Source of the DNA: Balamuthia mandrillaris
Lineage: Eukaryota
Direction: 5' to 3'
Assembly (NCBI GenBank): GCA_031835245.2
Contig: JAVKOQ020000033.1
Location: 124,001-188,000, forward strand
Length of the DNA: 64,000 nucleotides
Positions 1-13,300 of this stretch are shown piece after piece (position 1 is the first letter of the stretch; each line of letters begins with the position of its first letter). A program made the translations under genes and the position numbers. The notes under the pieces were generated by a model. That model was given only the letters and a program-made list of their open reading frames with translations, had not been told where the DNA came from and made no database searches.

Positions 1-984
1 ATCTTTCAACTGTCGGGAGTGGCTGGTCTCTTCTTCTGGAAGGCATCCATTCTCTTTACCTTCATTCGTAGCTGGTATTATGTTCTTTCTTTTGCCGACC
101 CTTCTTTTTCTTTCCACTCACAACTCTTCTCGGGTTTCTTGTCTTCTGTTGGCTTCTTGCCTCTCTCCTCCAAACCAAACAGTGCCGAAGGAATAGTAGT
201 TGCAGCCTTCTTCAACTTGCTTCTGAGTCTATTGGGCGGAGCTAACAGAGTTCTCGCCAAGCTAACGCGAATCGACCCAGCTCGTCACTTGGCCTCTCCT
301 CCTCTCGGCTGCTGTTGCTTCTGCTTCTGTCCAATTCTCGAGTTCAGCCCTGCATTGTTGCGCTTCACTCGCATCGGTTCCTTCCAATTCCTCGTCGTAA
401 AGCCTTTGACGGGCTTCATCGTGTTGTGCCTTGTCGTTTTCTTCACCCTTAGGGACTTGAAGATAGATGCTGGCAAGCAAACCCTCTTTGTGCTGATCAA
501 CGTGGTGGGAATCATCTCCTTGATGGTAGCCAAGTGGTGCCTCACCATCTTGTTCCGAGCCACGAGAACCCTGTTGCAAGAACACCGCTCTAAAATCAAG
601 TTTGCTGTGGTCGTTCTCAGGTTTGTTTTTTTTTTTCCTTGGGTCTGGACCTAAAACACTTCATTCTAACGTGTAGTTCAAACATATAGTCTTATCCTCT
701 GGGCCACGCAAGCTTTTCTACTGACTCTCGCAGACCGGTTCACAGACGCGCTTTACGTGGCCGATTTGTTTCCAGAGACAGCGCCTTTGCCTGCTCTTTG
801 GGAGAACTTCTTGTTGGCGGTGGAGGTGCCGTTTGTGTTGATGGCATTCTTCTGGGCGTTCCCGGTGAAGGATTCTTGGGATGGACATCGTGTGAGCAAA
901 CAAGAAGAAGGGGAGTTGAGCTTTGAGTATGATTCTATGGAAGGAGGACGCATGAAGGAACGAGAGGACACACCCCTCCTATAA
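1..984 (+). CDS. OSTalpha/TMEM184-family multi-pass membrane protein (5' end outside window, spliced)
   Basis: Hydrophobic helices carry family-like motifs 'QFLVVKP', 'KIKFAVVVL' and 'ENFLLAVEVPF..AFFWAFP'. The stop TAA ends at 984, and an intron at ~621-689 restores the frame. Confidence 0.65.
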
Positions 985-1120
985 AAGCATTGTTATGAAA
1001 ATACAAAGCCTCCCAGCAAAAAAACCCCTGACGAGACACAACCTCCGGAAACACGAGAGCCGCAAGTTTGCTTCACGTATTAGCTCCACTACTTAATGAA
1101 GATAGGAAATTTGACGGCGA

Positions 1121-1202
1121 GACACAGTGACCGAGTGGTTAAGGTGTTTGACTCGAAATCAAATGGGCTCTGCCCGCGCAGGTTCGAATCCTGCCTGTGT
1201 CG
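1121..1202 (+). tRNA. tRNA-Ser(CGA)
   Basis: Acceptor stem GACACAG/CTGTGTC, D-loop AGTGGTTAA, anticodon stem TTTGA/TCAAA around CT-CGA-AA, long variable arm GGGC-TCT-GCCC, T-arm GCAGG-TTCGAAT-CCTGC and discriminator G. An oligo-T Pol III terminator follows at ~1208-1213. Confidence 0.96.
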
Positions 1203-1341
1203 ATATCTTTTTTATTCTATTTTTTTTGAAATTCAAAAGGAAGCCACAACCATGTGTTCCCTTCCACCTAAAAGAAAGAAAAACAGAAACCCCTTCCTTC
1301 CTCGGCGCCTGTCTTTATTCTATTTTTAAAAATGAGGGTGA

Positions 1342-4300
1342 CTACATTCGCGTGCCAGGTACAGATAGAGTGGACTGGAACAAATTCTGTTCTGGCATTA
1401 CGCTATCTCTTCGCGATGCTCCGTGTGCCAATCCTTTTTGAATGTATGAGAGAATTAGCCTCCACAAAGAAAAACACTCAGAGAAAGAAACAGCAAGATG
1501 AACAAACCAGCTCCCGGAAAGCCGGCTGTAAAATCATCCTCATTGCGTTGCATGGCAGTGAGCAGTCCTTTCAAAATTCCCTTCATGGCTTTCATCTTTT
1601 GGTTCATCTTCTCCATCTTTTGGTTGAGCTTCTTCTTGAAATCACCCTTCTCCTTTTTGTGCAGCTCTTCGATCGCCTGAGAGCGTTCTATTGGGAAGAA
1701 AGAGAGGATATCCTCTTCTTTCCCGGAGGAGAGCTTCTTGTAGATTTCTCTTTGGATGTGAGTGAAGCGAACGTGCGTTCCATGGGCCTTGTAGGAAAGC
1801 AGGCCTGCATCAATGAAATCGCTATCATTCACTAATTATAAATACAATATGATTTAGTGAATAAAACGTTAATAAAAAATGAAAAAAGAGGATAGGATAC
1901 CATCATAAAAGTTGCCAGTGTTTTTGGTGATTTTGTGTTGCTTTCGCCATCTCCACACTTTTTGTTTCTCCTTCTTCAACCGTTTTCTTTCTGTCTTTAT
2001 GGCGTGATACTTTTGCTTGAGGAAAGCGAAAAAGTAAACGTAATGCCAAAAGTTATGCTCTGTTTGTGTGTGCTTGTGGAACACTTGCGGAATAAACAAA
2101 AAAGTATTAAAATAAGTTTGTGTGGGAGGGAGAGAGGAGAGAGGAGAGAGAGGCGTACTTTCACGGCCACCGTATTTCTGAAACACTTCTCTGGTTAAAG
2201 AACATATAAAGCAAGAGTTGGCAGTACTATTTTTGAAGTCAGCGGCATTATCTCTAAGTTCTAAGTTTTGTACGTGCCACTCATTAGTACTATTTGCGAA
2301 CAAGTAACAAAGAAAGGGACATACGTCCAAACGTGTCCACAATGATGGCAAGAACAATGTTCAACAAAATGAGACCAACCACGACCCAGAAGCCAATGTA
2401 ATATATCACGACGCCAGCCTTAATCCAAAATGTATCATCGTCCTTGTATGTTGACAATTTCTCAAGCAATGTTCCCTCGAACGGAATACTGATTGGTTAA
2501 AACAAGTTAGCTTAACTGAGAGAGAGAGAGAGAGAGAGAGAGAAGAGAAGAGAACATAAAAGCTTTTACCCCAATTGTAAGTTGGTAACCAAACACTCTA
2601 ACACAGTATCGCAGTACTCGTTATTATCTTCTTCATAGAAGCGTTGGAACAGCAAGTACGCCACTATGGCAAACACGTACATCACCGGCACTAGTAAAGC
2701 CGCCTGCGTTTTGTAACCGGAGTTAGCAAGGAGGACGAATGAAGGAATGAAGAGGAGAGAAAGAATCATCAAACCGTGAGAGTTATACGCCAAACACTGA
2801 GCCGCAGAGTACGAAGGATGTTTCTGGTCTCAGTGCTCCAAGCCAAAATAGAGAACAGATGGAAGCAGAAAAAGAACGGCCAAAACGCGGTGCCCAACAC
2901 CGATGTCACAAAATAGGCCAAATGGAACTCCAAAAATGGATGTGTCCCGATGTACCAAAGCGACCAAGCATAATACCGCACATAAACAAGAGCATCAGAG
3001 GACCAAGGCCACGACGTACCAAATATACTAGTCCGTCGTAGCCGCGCCAATACCATTTTCTAAAGAACCCGTATTAATAAATGTTAAGAATAAGAAGAAC
3101 GGTTATTTTACCTTTCTTTCATCTCCTGATTTAAGCAAGTTTTTGAGACCATTGGGCTTTGAAGATCCCAACCGCCGTTCTAACATCATCAAGCCATGAT
3201 GGTTCGATGCATGACTGAGATATTGCGACCATCTGCGTTATGATAGAATAAGTACAAATGTTGTTTTGCAAAAAATAAAAACAAAATAAAATAAATAAAT
3301 ATAAAAATATTTTAACTAAGAACGAGTAAAGCACCTTTTAGAGTTGATGACCGCCGCTCTGCTCGTCAGAAAAGTAAAAAGTACAATGCCAGACAAAGAC
3401 GTATGAATGATACCAAGAGCCAGCACCAACCACCGCGCCCAGTCGTATTGGAAGCCCTTCTCTCTTTCTCCACTGAAAGTGGCCAAGATGATAATGTTAA
3501 TGATGAGGGCCAGCAAGTAAGTAGGATAGGCCACCAGATGTTCCCGCCTGGTAGCAAAGTGTCGAAGGAAGCCTCGGGGAGCTCGATATAATGGGTTTTG
3601 AGTCGAATCTTCATGCTCTAGGTCTATGAGAACGCCTTCAGACCATTTCAAGAAGCTGATGATGCGTTCGGTGGCACGTTCCCACACTTGATCGTTGTTA
3701 TGTTCTGTTTCAAAAGAAAAAAAAAATAGCAAGTGAACAAATAACTCTAAATAAAACGACAAGGAGAAAAGGAGCGTAATTACTGTAAATGAATTCGTTT
3801 TTGAGTTGAGAGAATGAGTCTTTTTGTTTCTTTGGGTTTGTATTGTGGCGCCGACATACTGAAGTCAACGGGAAGTAAACGCTCTGTAGTCTTCCCGTTG
3901 TGCTGTTGGCTTTCTCTGTGATTATCTCAATGTGTCCTGTTGATGACGTGATCAGAATACCACTACCCCCAAAAAAAAGATGGTAAGAGAGAACCAACCA
4001 ATATCAATAATGTTACTTTCAATATTTTCGTTATGCAAGATGGTGCCGTCCATGTCGGGTAGTTTAGAATACGGCTGAAGTGTGGCGGCTTTGCCAAACA
4101 GAACACGCGAAATGTGACGATACTTCTCTGAAGGTTGTGCCTCCGCAAAGATCTTAATCAATGTATAGAAGAGAATGGGCATGCGTGCCTCACTGCTGAA
4201 CACATCCACTTTATCTAAAAGGCATTTGATATCAGTTATTTAGTTTGTGGTTTTGATAATGCTGAAGACACGTACCCTCAATTCCAGATTCGAACATGCT

Positions 4301-7300
4301 ATTGCGTCGTTGATGTTTCTCAAACTTAGAAAGAAACTCGGTGAAGACGTAGATGCGACCATCTTCTTCGGGCTCTTCTGCCTCATCTTCTGTTTGATCG
4401 TACATGAAGCTTCCCATTGGTTGCAGTTCGGTGGAGTCTTCGTTGCTGAAAGTCACACTTCTGTGTTTCACTACTTCAATGTAGCTCTCACTGGTTTAAA
4501 ACAAAAATATACACAAAAAATCAAAGAAGAAAGATGTAACGTGAGACATGAGGAAAAATAATTAACCAATGATTAAGAAAGTAACCTCCGTTTCCGTTCG
4601 GGATTTCTATTCTCGAGTTCTTTCTGTTGTCTCTGCAACTGCTCCATCTTGCGTTCGTTCATCTTGTTGCTGTCTGTTGCTAAACTCTTCTCCCACTCTA
4701 ATTTGGAAGCCAGAAGCTGCGTTGTATCGGTATTTGGATTTCCTTCCACCAAACTTAACAACAGCTCTAACATTGATATCTATTGTTGCAAATGGAGAAA
4801 GAGGAAGGAACGAATCTAAGTGGACAAGAAAGGACGAAAGAAAAGACAGGACAAACAAATAAAAACGAAAGATACGTACGGTGAGATCATGAATTTGTTG
4901 GGAGTCAAAGTTTGTGGAAGAATAACTCTTATCGACATAGGCTTGCTGAAGCAACTCGTTAATAACGACATGAATGCCATTATAAACCACACAGTCTCGG
5001 TTCAACGTGCAACCTTCCACAAAACGTTGCAAAGTCTCAAAGATTTGAATAGCAAGAGAAATGTTCCGTTTGACCAGAAGATGGCGCAGCTTTTTGAGGT
5101 ACTTGACAGAAAGTTGCACCAAGTTGAAGCCTTCGTCTTCTTCATCGCCGCTTTGTCTCGGTTGGGTGTGCATAAATCGCTTTAACCGGCAGAAACAGAA
5201 TGGTTAACGTCAGAGAGGGAGAGAGAGAGAGAGAGAATTACTTGAATTTGATGCTGCTCCTTTTCTTGTTGCTTTTGTTCCAAGTCTTCGTAAAATAAAA
5301 TATCTTCATAGAGCTGCGGAGCCTCTTGTTCCAACATGATCCGTTCCTTCTCCTCAGAGCCGGCATCATCCTCCAAGCTTTCATCCTTGGAGTTGAGATG
5401 TTGGAGGAGAGAGAAGATGATTTCCATAAGAGTCGGGTCATAAGCTTCTGGCATATCATGAGTGATTTGGAAGGAGCGACGCATTCGTTCCAGCTCAGAA
5501 TAGGATTGGTCGATTAAATTCTTTATGTCTCGGATGAAAGTGGAACTAGGACCCGTGTAAACGCTCATCATGAATTGACGAAGAGATAACGCCTAATTAA
5601 AAACAGTTTTGTCAGTCTCTTCGAGAGAGAGAGAGAGAGAGAGAGAGCAGAAACAAACTCGTTGAGAGTCTTGGCCACGTTGATAGGCTTCTATGACTTT
5701 CTGATGCAAAGGCTTACGAGACCGGTTGTTGTTGAGCAGGGAAATAAGAAACTTGGCGCCTTCGTAGATGATTGCCGGGGAATTGGAGCCGAACAAAGGA
5801 AAGGTCGCCAAAATGGCATCCTTTATGAACGGCCTACAACGAGAAACGTTAAAATTGTGTTTTTTTTTAAAATTGTTTTTGGGAGAGAGAAGAGGAGAAA
5901 AAAAAACATACCTATCATCGCTATCCCATTTGAGATTATACTTTCGAAGAATCTTCAAGCAAGAAACGTGAAGCGACTTTTCAGAAGCAACATGGGAAGT
6001 CGTTCTCCACTCCACACGAGAGTGGTCGTGTGACGTCCTCCCTTTGACGCTGGTAGCACTAAACTGAGCGTGGGTAGATTGAGCGACCGGTACAGCGTTT
6101 CCCAACTGGTGTATCAAGGTTTGAACGATGATAGGGTCTTTCATATTCGGAATGGAAGCCACCTCTTTGAAGGTATCCACTGTAGCTAAGCTCAGCTTGA
6201 TTTCCTTCCTCAGTAACTTGCGTTTGAACTCAGCGACGTTTCTAGGACGGCCTCGTAACATGTTGGCCAACGCGACCAGTGGAGATTCGTCCAAGTCGTC
6301 ACCGTTTCTCTTCTGCGTGTTTTTATGACCGCCGGATCGATCGGTGCAGCTAAAGCAGCAACAAAGCCCGGAGAAGAAGCGGAAGCAGCTGAAGCAATTT
6401 CTATTGGCGCAGCCGCAACGGCCACAACAATCATCGCTGCAACAACCTTGTTTGTCCAGTAAGTCCTCTTTTGAAGGTGTGGCAGTTGGCGCTAAGCCTG
6501 CGTTACTCTGCGTGTTTTCGCTTGCACTTTCGCTTTCACTCTCTCCACTTTCTTCAGACGCAGAAGAGGCAGCGGAGTTGCTTGCGTTCAGGCTATGATA
6601 ATCCAAAAGCATAATAGAGAGAAGGGAGTATGGATGGACAAGAGAGTATAAGTGAGGGGCTAGACAAAAAAAAGAAGGGGAAGGCGGAAATTACTCGAGT
6701 GATTCACTGGAATCCTCCCCTTCGCTCTCATCTTCGCTGTCAGAGTCTGACAGCATACCACCGGTAGTGACCTCGTCTTCCGTCATGTCTTCATCTCTTT
6801 TGAACCTAGATGATGAAGTGGGAAGTTCTGTAGAGCTGCCATCAAACAGATATCCCTCTTCCCATTCGCTTACTATCTCTTTCTGCTGCAATGTATCAAT
6901 GATGCGGCGAAGCACTTCCATTGGGGCCTCTTGCCTTCGCATATCGGGATCATCATACACCGTTCTAGCCAACAATCCCTGATCGTTGTTGCGCTTAGCG
7001 TCAAGAGCAACAGAGCAACAGAGAGAGGAGAGAAAGAGAGAACCTTTTTATCTGTCTTGCGCATAATCTGGTAGAGTTGGCTACAACCTTGCCAAAGCTG
7101 TCGAGCGGTTTGGCGTGCTCTCTCGTAATCACTGTGTTGTTTTTTGAGTGAATAGAACTATTTATGAATGAAGACCAAGCTCAATACGAGAAACGTACTC
7201 TAGAATCTCACTATTGCTGTCGCTATAAGCAGCGTTGTTAACTACTGCCACGTCTCCAGCAGCACTTACCTGTTGTGCACAACAAGAAGTCATCCCATTA

Positions 7301-10300
7301 ACAATGCAAGTGAGATTAAAAGAGAGAGAGAGAGAAAGAGCAAACCTCTTTTTTATAGATGAGAGGGCTAAACGGGCCTTGATAAAGATTCGTAAGAAAC
7401 GGGAGAAGCACGCGGAAGATATACCGGAAGCTTTGAGCCAACAATTCCTTTTGATCATTTTCATAATCTGAGTCATACGTATACTGAACCGAAACTAAAT
7501 TATTGGCGTTTCAAGAAAGTCAGCTTTTCATGCAATAACAGAGAAACAATCAACAAGACAAAATGACGTGAAAGAAACCTCCAGAATGTTCGGAACCAGG
7601 ACTTTGCGCCAATCTCAAGTTGCGCTTTGGTGGTTCCACTGCCAATTTTGTTGTATCTTCCTTTTCCTTGCCTTTGTCTGTGTCGTCTGCTTGCATGGAA
7701 GTAGCTGGAGTAAGGGAAGGGGAAACTGCTGTGTTTATCAGAATGCGCACTTTCTTGCGACCTGATTCAACTTTCGCATCTTTTTCTTTATCGCTTTCTT
7801 TTGTAACCTTCTCCTTCTCTTCACCTGCTATTTCTTGATTTCTCTTCTTCAAGTCTTGCAAAGTGTCCCTCTTCCAAGTTTCCAAGATGTCAAGTCGGTG
7901 TAAGAGAGTCCTAGCAAAGTCTTTCTTCTTGGCAAACTCCTCCCATTTTGAATTAAACTGAAAGATCTCCACCACTACTTGCTTGAGTAAGTCCATCAAC
8001 AAGGGCCACCAACGAGCAGCATTTTCTTCCAGCAGCTCATAAGTATCCACTTCAGTATTGAGGTATACTTCGTTCAGAAACAAGAGATAGGCGGCCTGGT
8101 CAAGGAATAAAGTTTTCTTTAAATAAGCAAAAGGAAAAAACAGGGATGATGACAAAGAAAAAGGAAAAGGAAACACTCAAGTTAAAGCTACAGGTACCTT
8201 CGTGGTATCGGTAAGACGAGGTAATGTAAGTATATGGAGACACTCCCCAAAGCCCAACAGCTTTTGACAAGCGCTCTCCGCCATGTAGTTCTTCTGGTCA
8301 GCACACATACCCAAAAGACGAACCAATTGGGTGTTGTGATTGATGTCTCGAGCAAAGTGTTTGGCATCACGAAGCTTGGCTAAGAGGACGGAGGCCTTCG
8401 CTTCAAAGACTTTAAGAACCAAGTTCTGGTTTTGAGTGAGAGGAATCTTATCTTTTTCTGGATACATGATTGACTGGTGGCCAAAAGAAGAGTTAGCTTA
8501 ATTATGGAGAAGAAAAAGAAGCGCAAGAAGAACGAATGAGTTTACCTCCAGAATGCTTACTGTAGCAGTAACTAGTTCAGAATTATACTCTGAGTTATCC
8601 TCATCACCCTCATCATCGCTCTCGCTATCGCTGAATGAGTTCAAGGCAGTCTGTTTTTCTTTCTCTTGCTTTCCCTTCTTGATTTTGCTTGCTGTTTTGT
8701 AACAAATAGTATGTTTTGTTTTTTGTTAGTTCAACTCATGCTAACAAGGCCTACGATTGGAAGAATAGAAAAGAATAAAAACAAGAAAAAGAAAATGAAT
8801 GAAAAAAGAAAGCCAGTACCAATAGAAGGAGTTTTAGGAATACGTAAAAACTTGACCAATCGCTGCACAACTGAGACAGTCACCCGAGAAGCCAAGTAGC
8901 GATTGTTAGCAAAGACTGCTTTAATGGTGGCGGTCACATCCTGAACCACTTCAGGGTAACGGAGTAAAGCTATCAATACATCCAAGCGATGGAAGAGTAG
9001 CTCTTGGTGGGAGGTATTCCCATCAACAAACTTTGTGCAGTTTTTTAAAAAAAGAAATCAAGAAGGTGAGAGCTGGGACTAAGGTAAGCAGTTGTTCTTA
9101 ACGTACCCCTCTTAACACTTTGCAACAAGCAGCAATGACTTGCGTTGTTTCCTCGCCATCTCTATCCCACGGACGTTGCAGTATGTTGAGAATGTCTTCG
9201 TGGATATAAAGATTGGAAAAAATTCTTTGGTTCATCGTTACTTGAAGTGGCGATTCTGAAGCATAGAAAAATAAGTCAAACGAGCTGAACAGTTAGAACA
9301 TAAGATATAAACAAACCAGCTTTGTTGGGATTCAAGAACTTGCCAAGACTTCGGATAGACTTGACAAACCCGCTCTTCTTTTTATCAATGACCGGTGATT
9401 TTGGCGAGTTTACACCAAGAAAGCTGCCTGTTTGTTGTTCTTGCAACTTTTCCAGCGCCTCTCTGATCTTTTGGTATGATGCACAAGCCTCTTCGTCCAC
9501 CAGAACTTCTAGCGAGTTTATAGCATCAAATACTTCGTCATCGTGACTGTAATTTGAACAAACGTCAAAAAAGAATCAGAGATCAGTTTAGTTTGCTAGT
9601 GAGACAAATTGGATGGGAGAGAGGAGGAGAGTGAGAGATGTACTTTTTGTTTCGTTTCATGAGTTGAATAGCAATATTCATGAGCGGCGTGTTGTTTTCC
9701 TTAATGAGTTCCATCAATACTCCATCCAAGTCCATGTCTTGTTTGCGGTCATTGAAGAGGCCTCTCTCCCAACCAATCTGCTTCTTGATGGAAGAGATTG
9801 TGTTGCGTTTGCTCCGTTGCTCCACAACATCGTAGTTGTCGAAAGAGGAAGGAGCGCCAATGTTGCTTGCTTTGCTCAGCTTGTAGAATGGACCAGCCCT
9901 TTTTCCTGTGTTTCCATCTCCTTTGAGCACCAGCTTGACTCTTCTCTCGCAATCTTCTCTCTTCATTTCAGCCCGTTCGAATAGCTTTTGTTGCAATGTC
10001 AATTTCCAGGCCCTAATTTTATGTGGTTGAAAGCTTTGAGCTTTCTTCACAGTCTTGAAGGCATTGTATTTTTCGCTGTTCTGCAAGATTTCAGCGTTCT
10101 GCAAAGAGGGCGCGAGAGAGCGAGAGAGAGAGAAGGTGAGAACTATAACTGAAGAGAGCAGGGAAAAAATCGTGTATTTTTTGTTGTAGAGAAACTTACC
10201 ACTGCTTTGATGATGTTGTTAAGTTCTGTATTGCGAGCGAGGTCGAACATGAGATGAAGAATAGCAAGCACTTCTTTTTTAGTTTCCTGCAACAACCAGT

Positions 10301-13300
10301 TGTAATTGCTCTTTTCAAAGTGAATGTCATAAAAGTTTGTATCGCCCTCATTGGTATTCTTATTGTTATTGGTCGCTCCTGTTTTCCCTTTTCCTCCTTT
10401 TAGTTTGTCTTTGGTCCGAGGGCTTGTTAGCACGCGGCTGCCTTGTAGAAAAACTTGGTCCACTTCTAGTCGAGCTGGTGTTTGAAGGATTTCTAGCAGG
10501 TAGGCCAACAGTGGCGAACTGTCTCCATCACTAGTACCTGCTAGCGGCCATGAAGATTTTTTTAAAAAAAAAACGTTAGTAACATTGAAAAGGACTCTGT
10601 GTGAATGGCTAACAAACCAACTGAAACCGTTTTCTCCCATTTTGAGGGCACAGCATCGAATTTTAGGTGGCAAGCTTTGAAGGTAAGTGGATACAGATGA
10701 TCCTCTTCTTGAACTAAACCAAAGTAGATCAGGTATCTGAGTATCTTGACCAGCTGTTATATAAATTCGTTAAATTCAACGAACGAAAAACATTAGAAAA
10801 AAAAAACAAAGAAGTGATAGTACTTCAAGCAAAAGCTCTTTATCAGGATAACGGCGATAGCCGTCTCCTTTCGACCTGGAATTGACTGAAAGCTGCTTCA
10901 ACTCGTCTCTGATAACGCTGAACAGATCTCGTAATGCCTTAACGTCATCCACGATGTTTGATCCTTTAGCAGAGGAGAAACAAAGCAGGCGCTGATAAAT
11001 GGTGCCGTCGGCGCTCAAATACTGAGAAGGCATGTGAATGTCTCCTGACCGTTCCTTCAGTTCATTCATAAGAAGAGATGGTAGCTTCAGGTCACGCAAA
11101 CATAAAGTTAGGTACCACTTAAAAAATAATAAAAAAAATATTGCGTAACATACCAGAATACGAGTGGTTCGCATTGGAACAAGTGGATATCTGTCTAGAA
11201 AGATGTGTAACATCACCCGACAATATACCGAAGTTATGATGTCTGGTTGGAAAGTGGCAAAGTCACGTTGGATGCACGCCAATATCTTGCCGGTATCTTG
11301 CCGGTCTACCAACATCTGATTAGCAGTGATTGTTCGAATGGAATTGTAGTTTCGACCCTTTTGTTTTTGTTTTTGTTTTTGTTTTTGTTTTTGTTTTTGT
11401 TTTTGTTTTTGTTTTTGTTTTACTTTTAGTTTCTGGCAAGAAAATAACTGGAATAATGATGAGATAACAAGTAAACAACCTTACAAAGGTCCGCGAAGAG
11501 ATTCATCATCGAACTAAAGTAATGGTAGACAGCAGAGAAAAGAGGATCCGTGAAGTCTTTAGACTCGAGGGAATACCATTTAACTTCCTTTTGCTTAGAA
11601 TGCAAAGCCACCGAAAGAGAGTTGTTCACATTCACCTAACGAGAGTATGAGAGAGAGAGAGAGAGAGAGAGTTAGACAAAATGCGAATAACGCGCAAGAC
11701 GAGATACCTTGGATTCTAAAAAGAGGCCATAAGTGTCAGTTTTGACACCTTCTTCGCCGGTAATGTGAAGGGCTTTGGCAATGAGGTTTTGATAGGAAGT
11801 AATGGCCACTCCGTCCTGTTGGCAAATGATGCTTAACACTGAAAAGTGATTAAATCTAAAGTGGCAACAAAATTAACTTCGGTAAGATTACAAGCAAAGG
11901 GAGTGAGAGACGAAAGATCAAACCCATATTCATATTGTCGCAATGAACCATCATTCAAGTCCTTAAGACAGGAAACAAGCACGCCGATGGCTTCCTTGAC
12001 GCATCCTTCCATGTCCGCTGAAGCTTTGCTCAGGACTCGCGGATTCTTGTGAAAAGCGCAAGCCAAGAGCTGAGAGACAGGTCCCATTCGAGCCCGTTCA
12101 CCGTTGAGTCGAGGTTGATTGATGGGATTGTTTAACTGATTGAAACTAAGTTAGAAAACACAAACAAAACACGACACACAAAATAAAAAAGGCACCTGGT
12201 GTCGAAACACGGAAAGATTTTTCTTATCACTGATGAGCAGAGCAGCAGTCTTCTTGGAAGCGGAGGCACTGAGAACCAAGAGATTGTAAATGTACGCAGA
12301 CATCGTCCACACAAAAGGATATCTCTTTTCTCCGCTCTTCGACTTGCGCCATGGATTAAATTTTGGGGATTGCAAGTGGATAAAGCGCCGCAAAATGAGA
12401 AAGAAACGATCCATGATCATCTTCTCTCCCAAAAGTTTTCGATAGTTGTAAACGCTAGTGTCGCTTCCAGATTCACTGGTGCAAAAACCTTCCAGCTTGC
12501 TCATGGTCTTGTAGATGAATCGAAGGCCTGGATACTTGATTGGGTTGATGTTAAACCATTCTTCCTTGAGAAGAGCTTTCATAATCTTGGGCTGGTCGTT
12601 TCTAGCAAGCATCTCCAACTTCATCAATTAAAATACGCAACATATCAAAAGCACATGAGTGTTAATACAGCTTAACAGGTCTCGTGCAAATAGAAAAAAC
12701 TTGTAAAGAAATATACCTCGTCCAGGAACTTATCTAATTCTTGTATGGCTGCTTTGACATCATCAATCACATTGGCTTCGGTATCCGCCACCGGGCGAAG
12801 CGTAAATACATCGTGCAAATGAAGCTTGGAAGACAGAAAGACATCCTGGAAGGTTAAATGCTGTTTCAGCTCCTCTGAGGCATCATCAGCATCCCCAAAA
12901 TAAGGCTTGCAATGCACCCACATCTTATCATCTTCGCTGTAAAGTCTCACCGTTGCTCCAAGCGCCACTTCTTTGCTCTTTCGATCCTCTTTGGTGCCTC
13001 CGCGAATTGTGAAAATAGTTGGTACCGAAGAAATACCCAAATAGGCTTCTTCCATGCTCCCGCCTATCACCCGATTGGGCGCCATTCGGAATTGAGAGCG
13101 CAGGAGGCTTCCTGCGGTGGAGTTGGTCATGGTTGCAGCAAGGGGACCTCTGTCCGGATACTTTACGGCCAGGTATTTCTTCTCAGGGTAGGGAGTGTGG
13201 AGTTTGAACTTGCATCTCCTCTCCCAGGTCACAAATCGGTTGTCCTCCTGCCCAACTGCAGGTTCTAGCTCTACCTCGAAGATGGAGTGATAGGATCTTG

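Noticed and set aside
1096..1441. ORFs overlapping the tRNA
   Set aside because: Chance translations of the tRNA gene and its flanks.
1455..1510. Apparent hydrophobic C-terminal anchor on the IP3R ('GLFILLFLSLSVFLCGG')
   Set aside because: It reads through a GT-AG intron. The next exon continues in frame to a stop at 1342-1344.
2706..2793. Apparent frameshift between IP3R TM-region ORFs
   Set aside because: Explained by a normal GTTTG...CAG intron.
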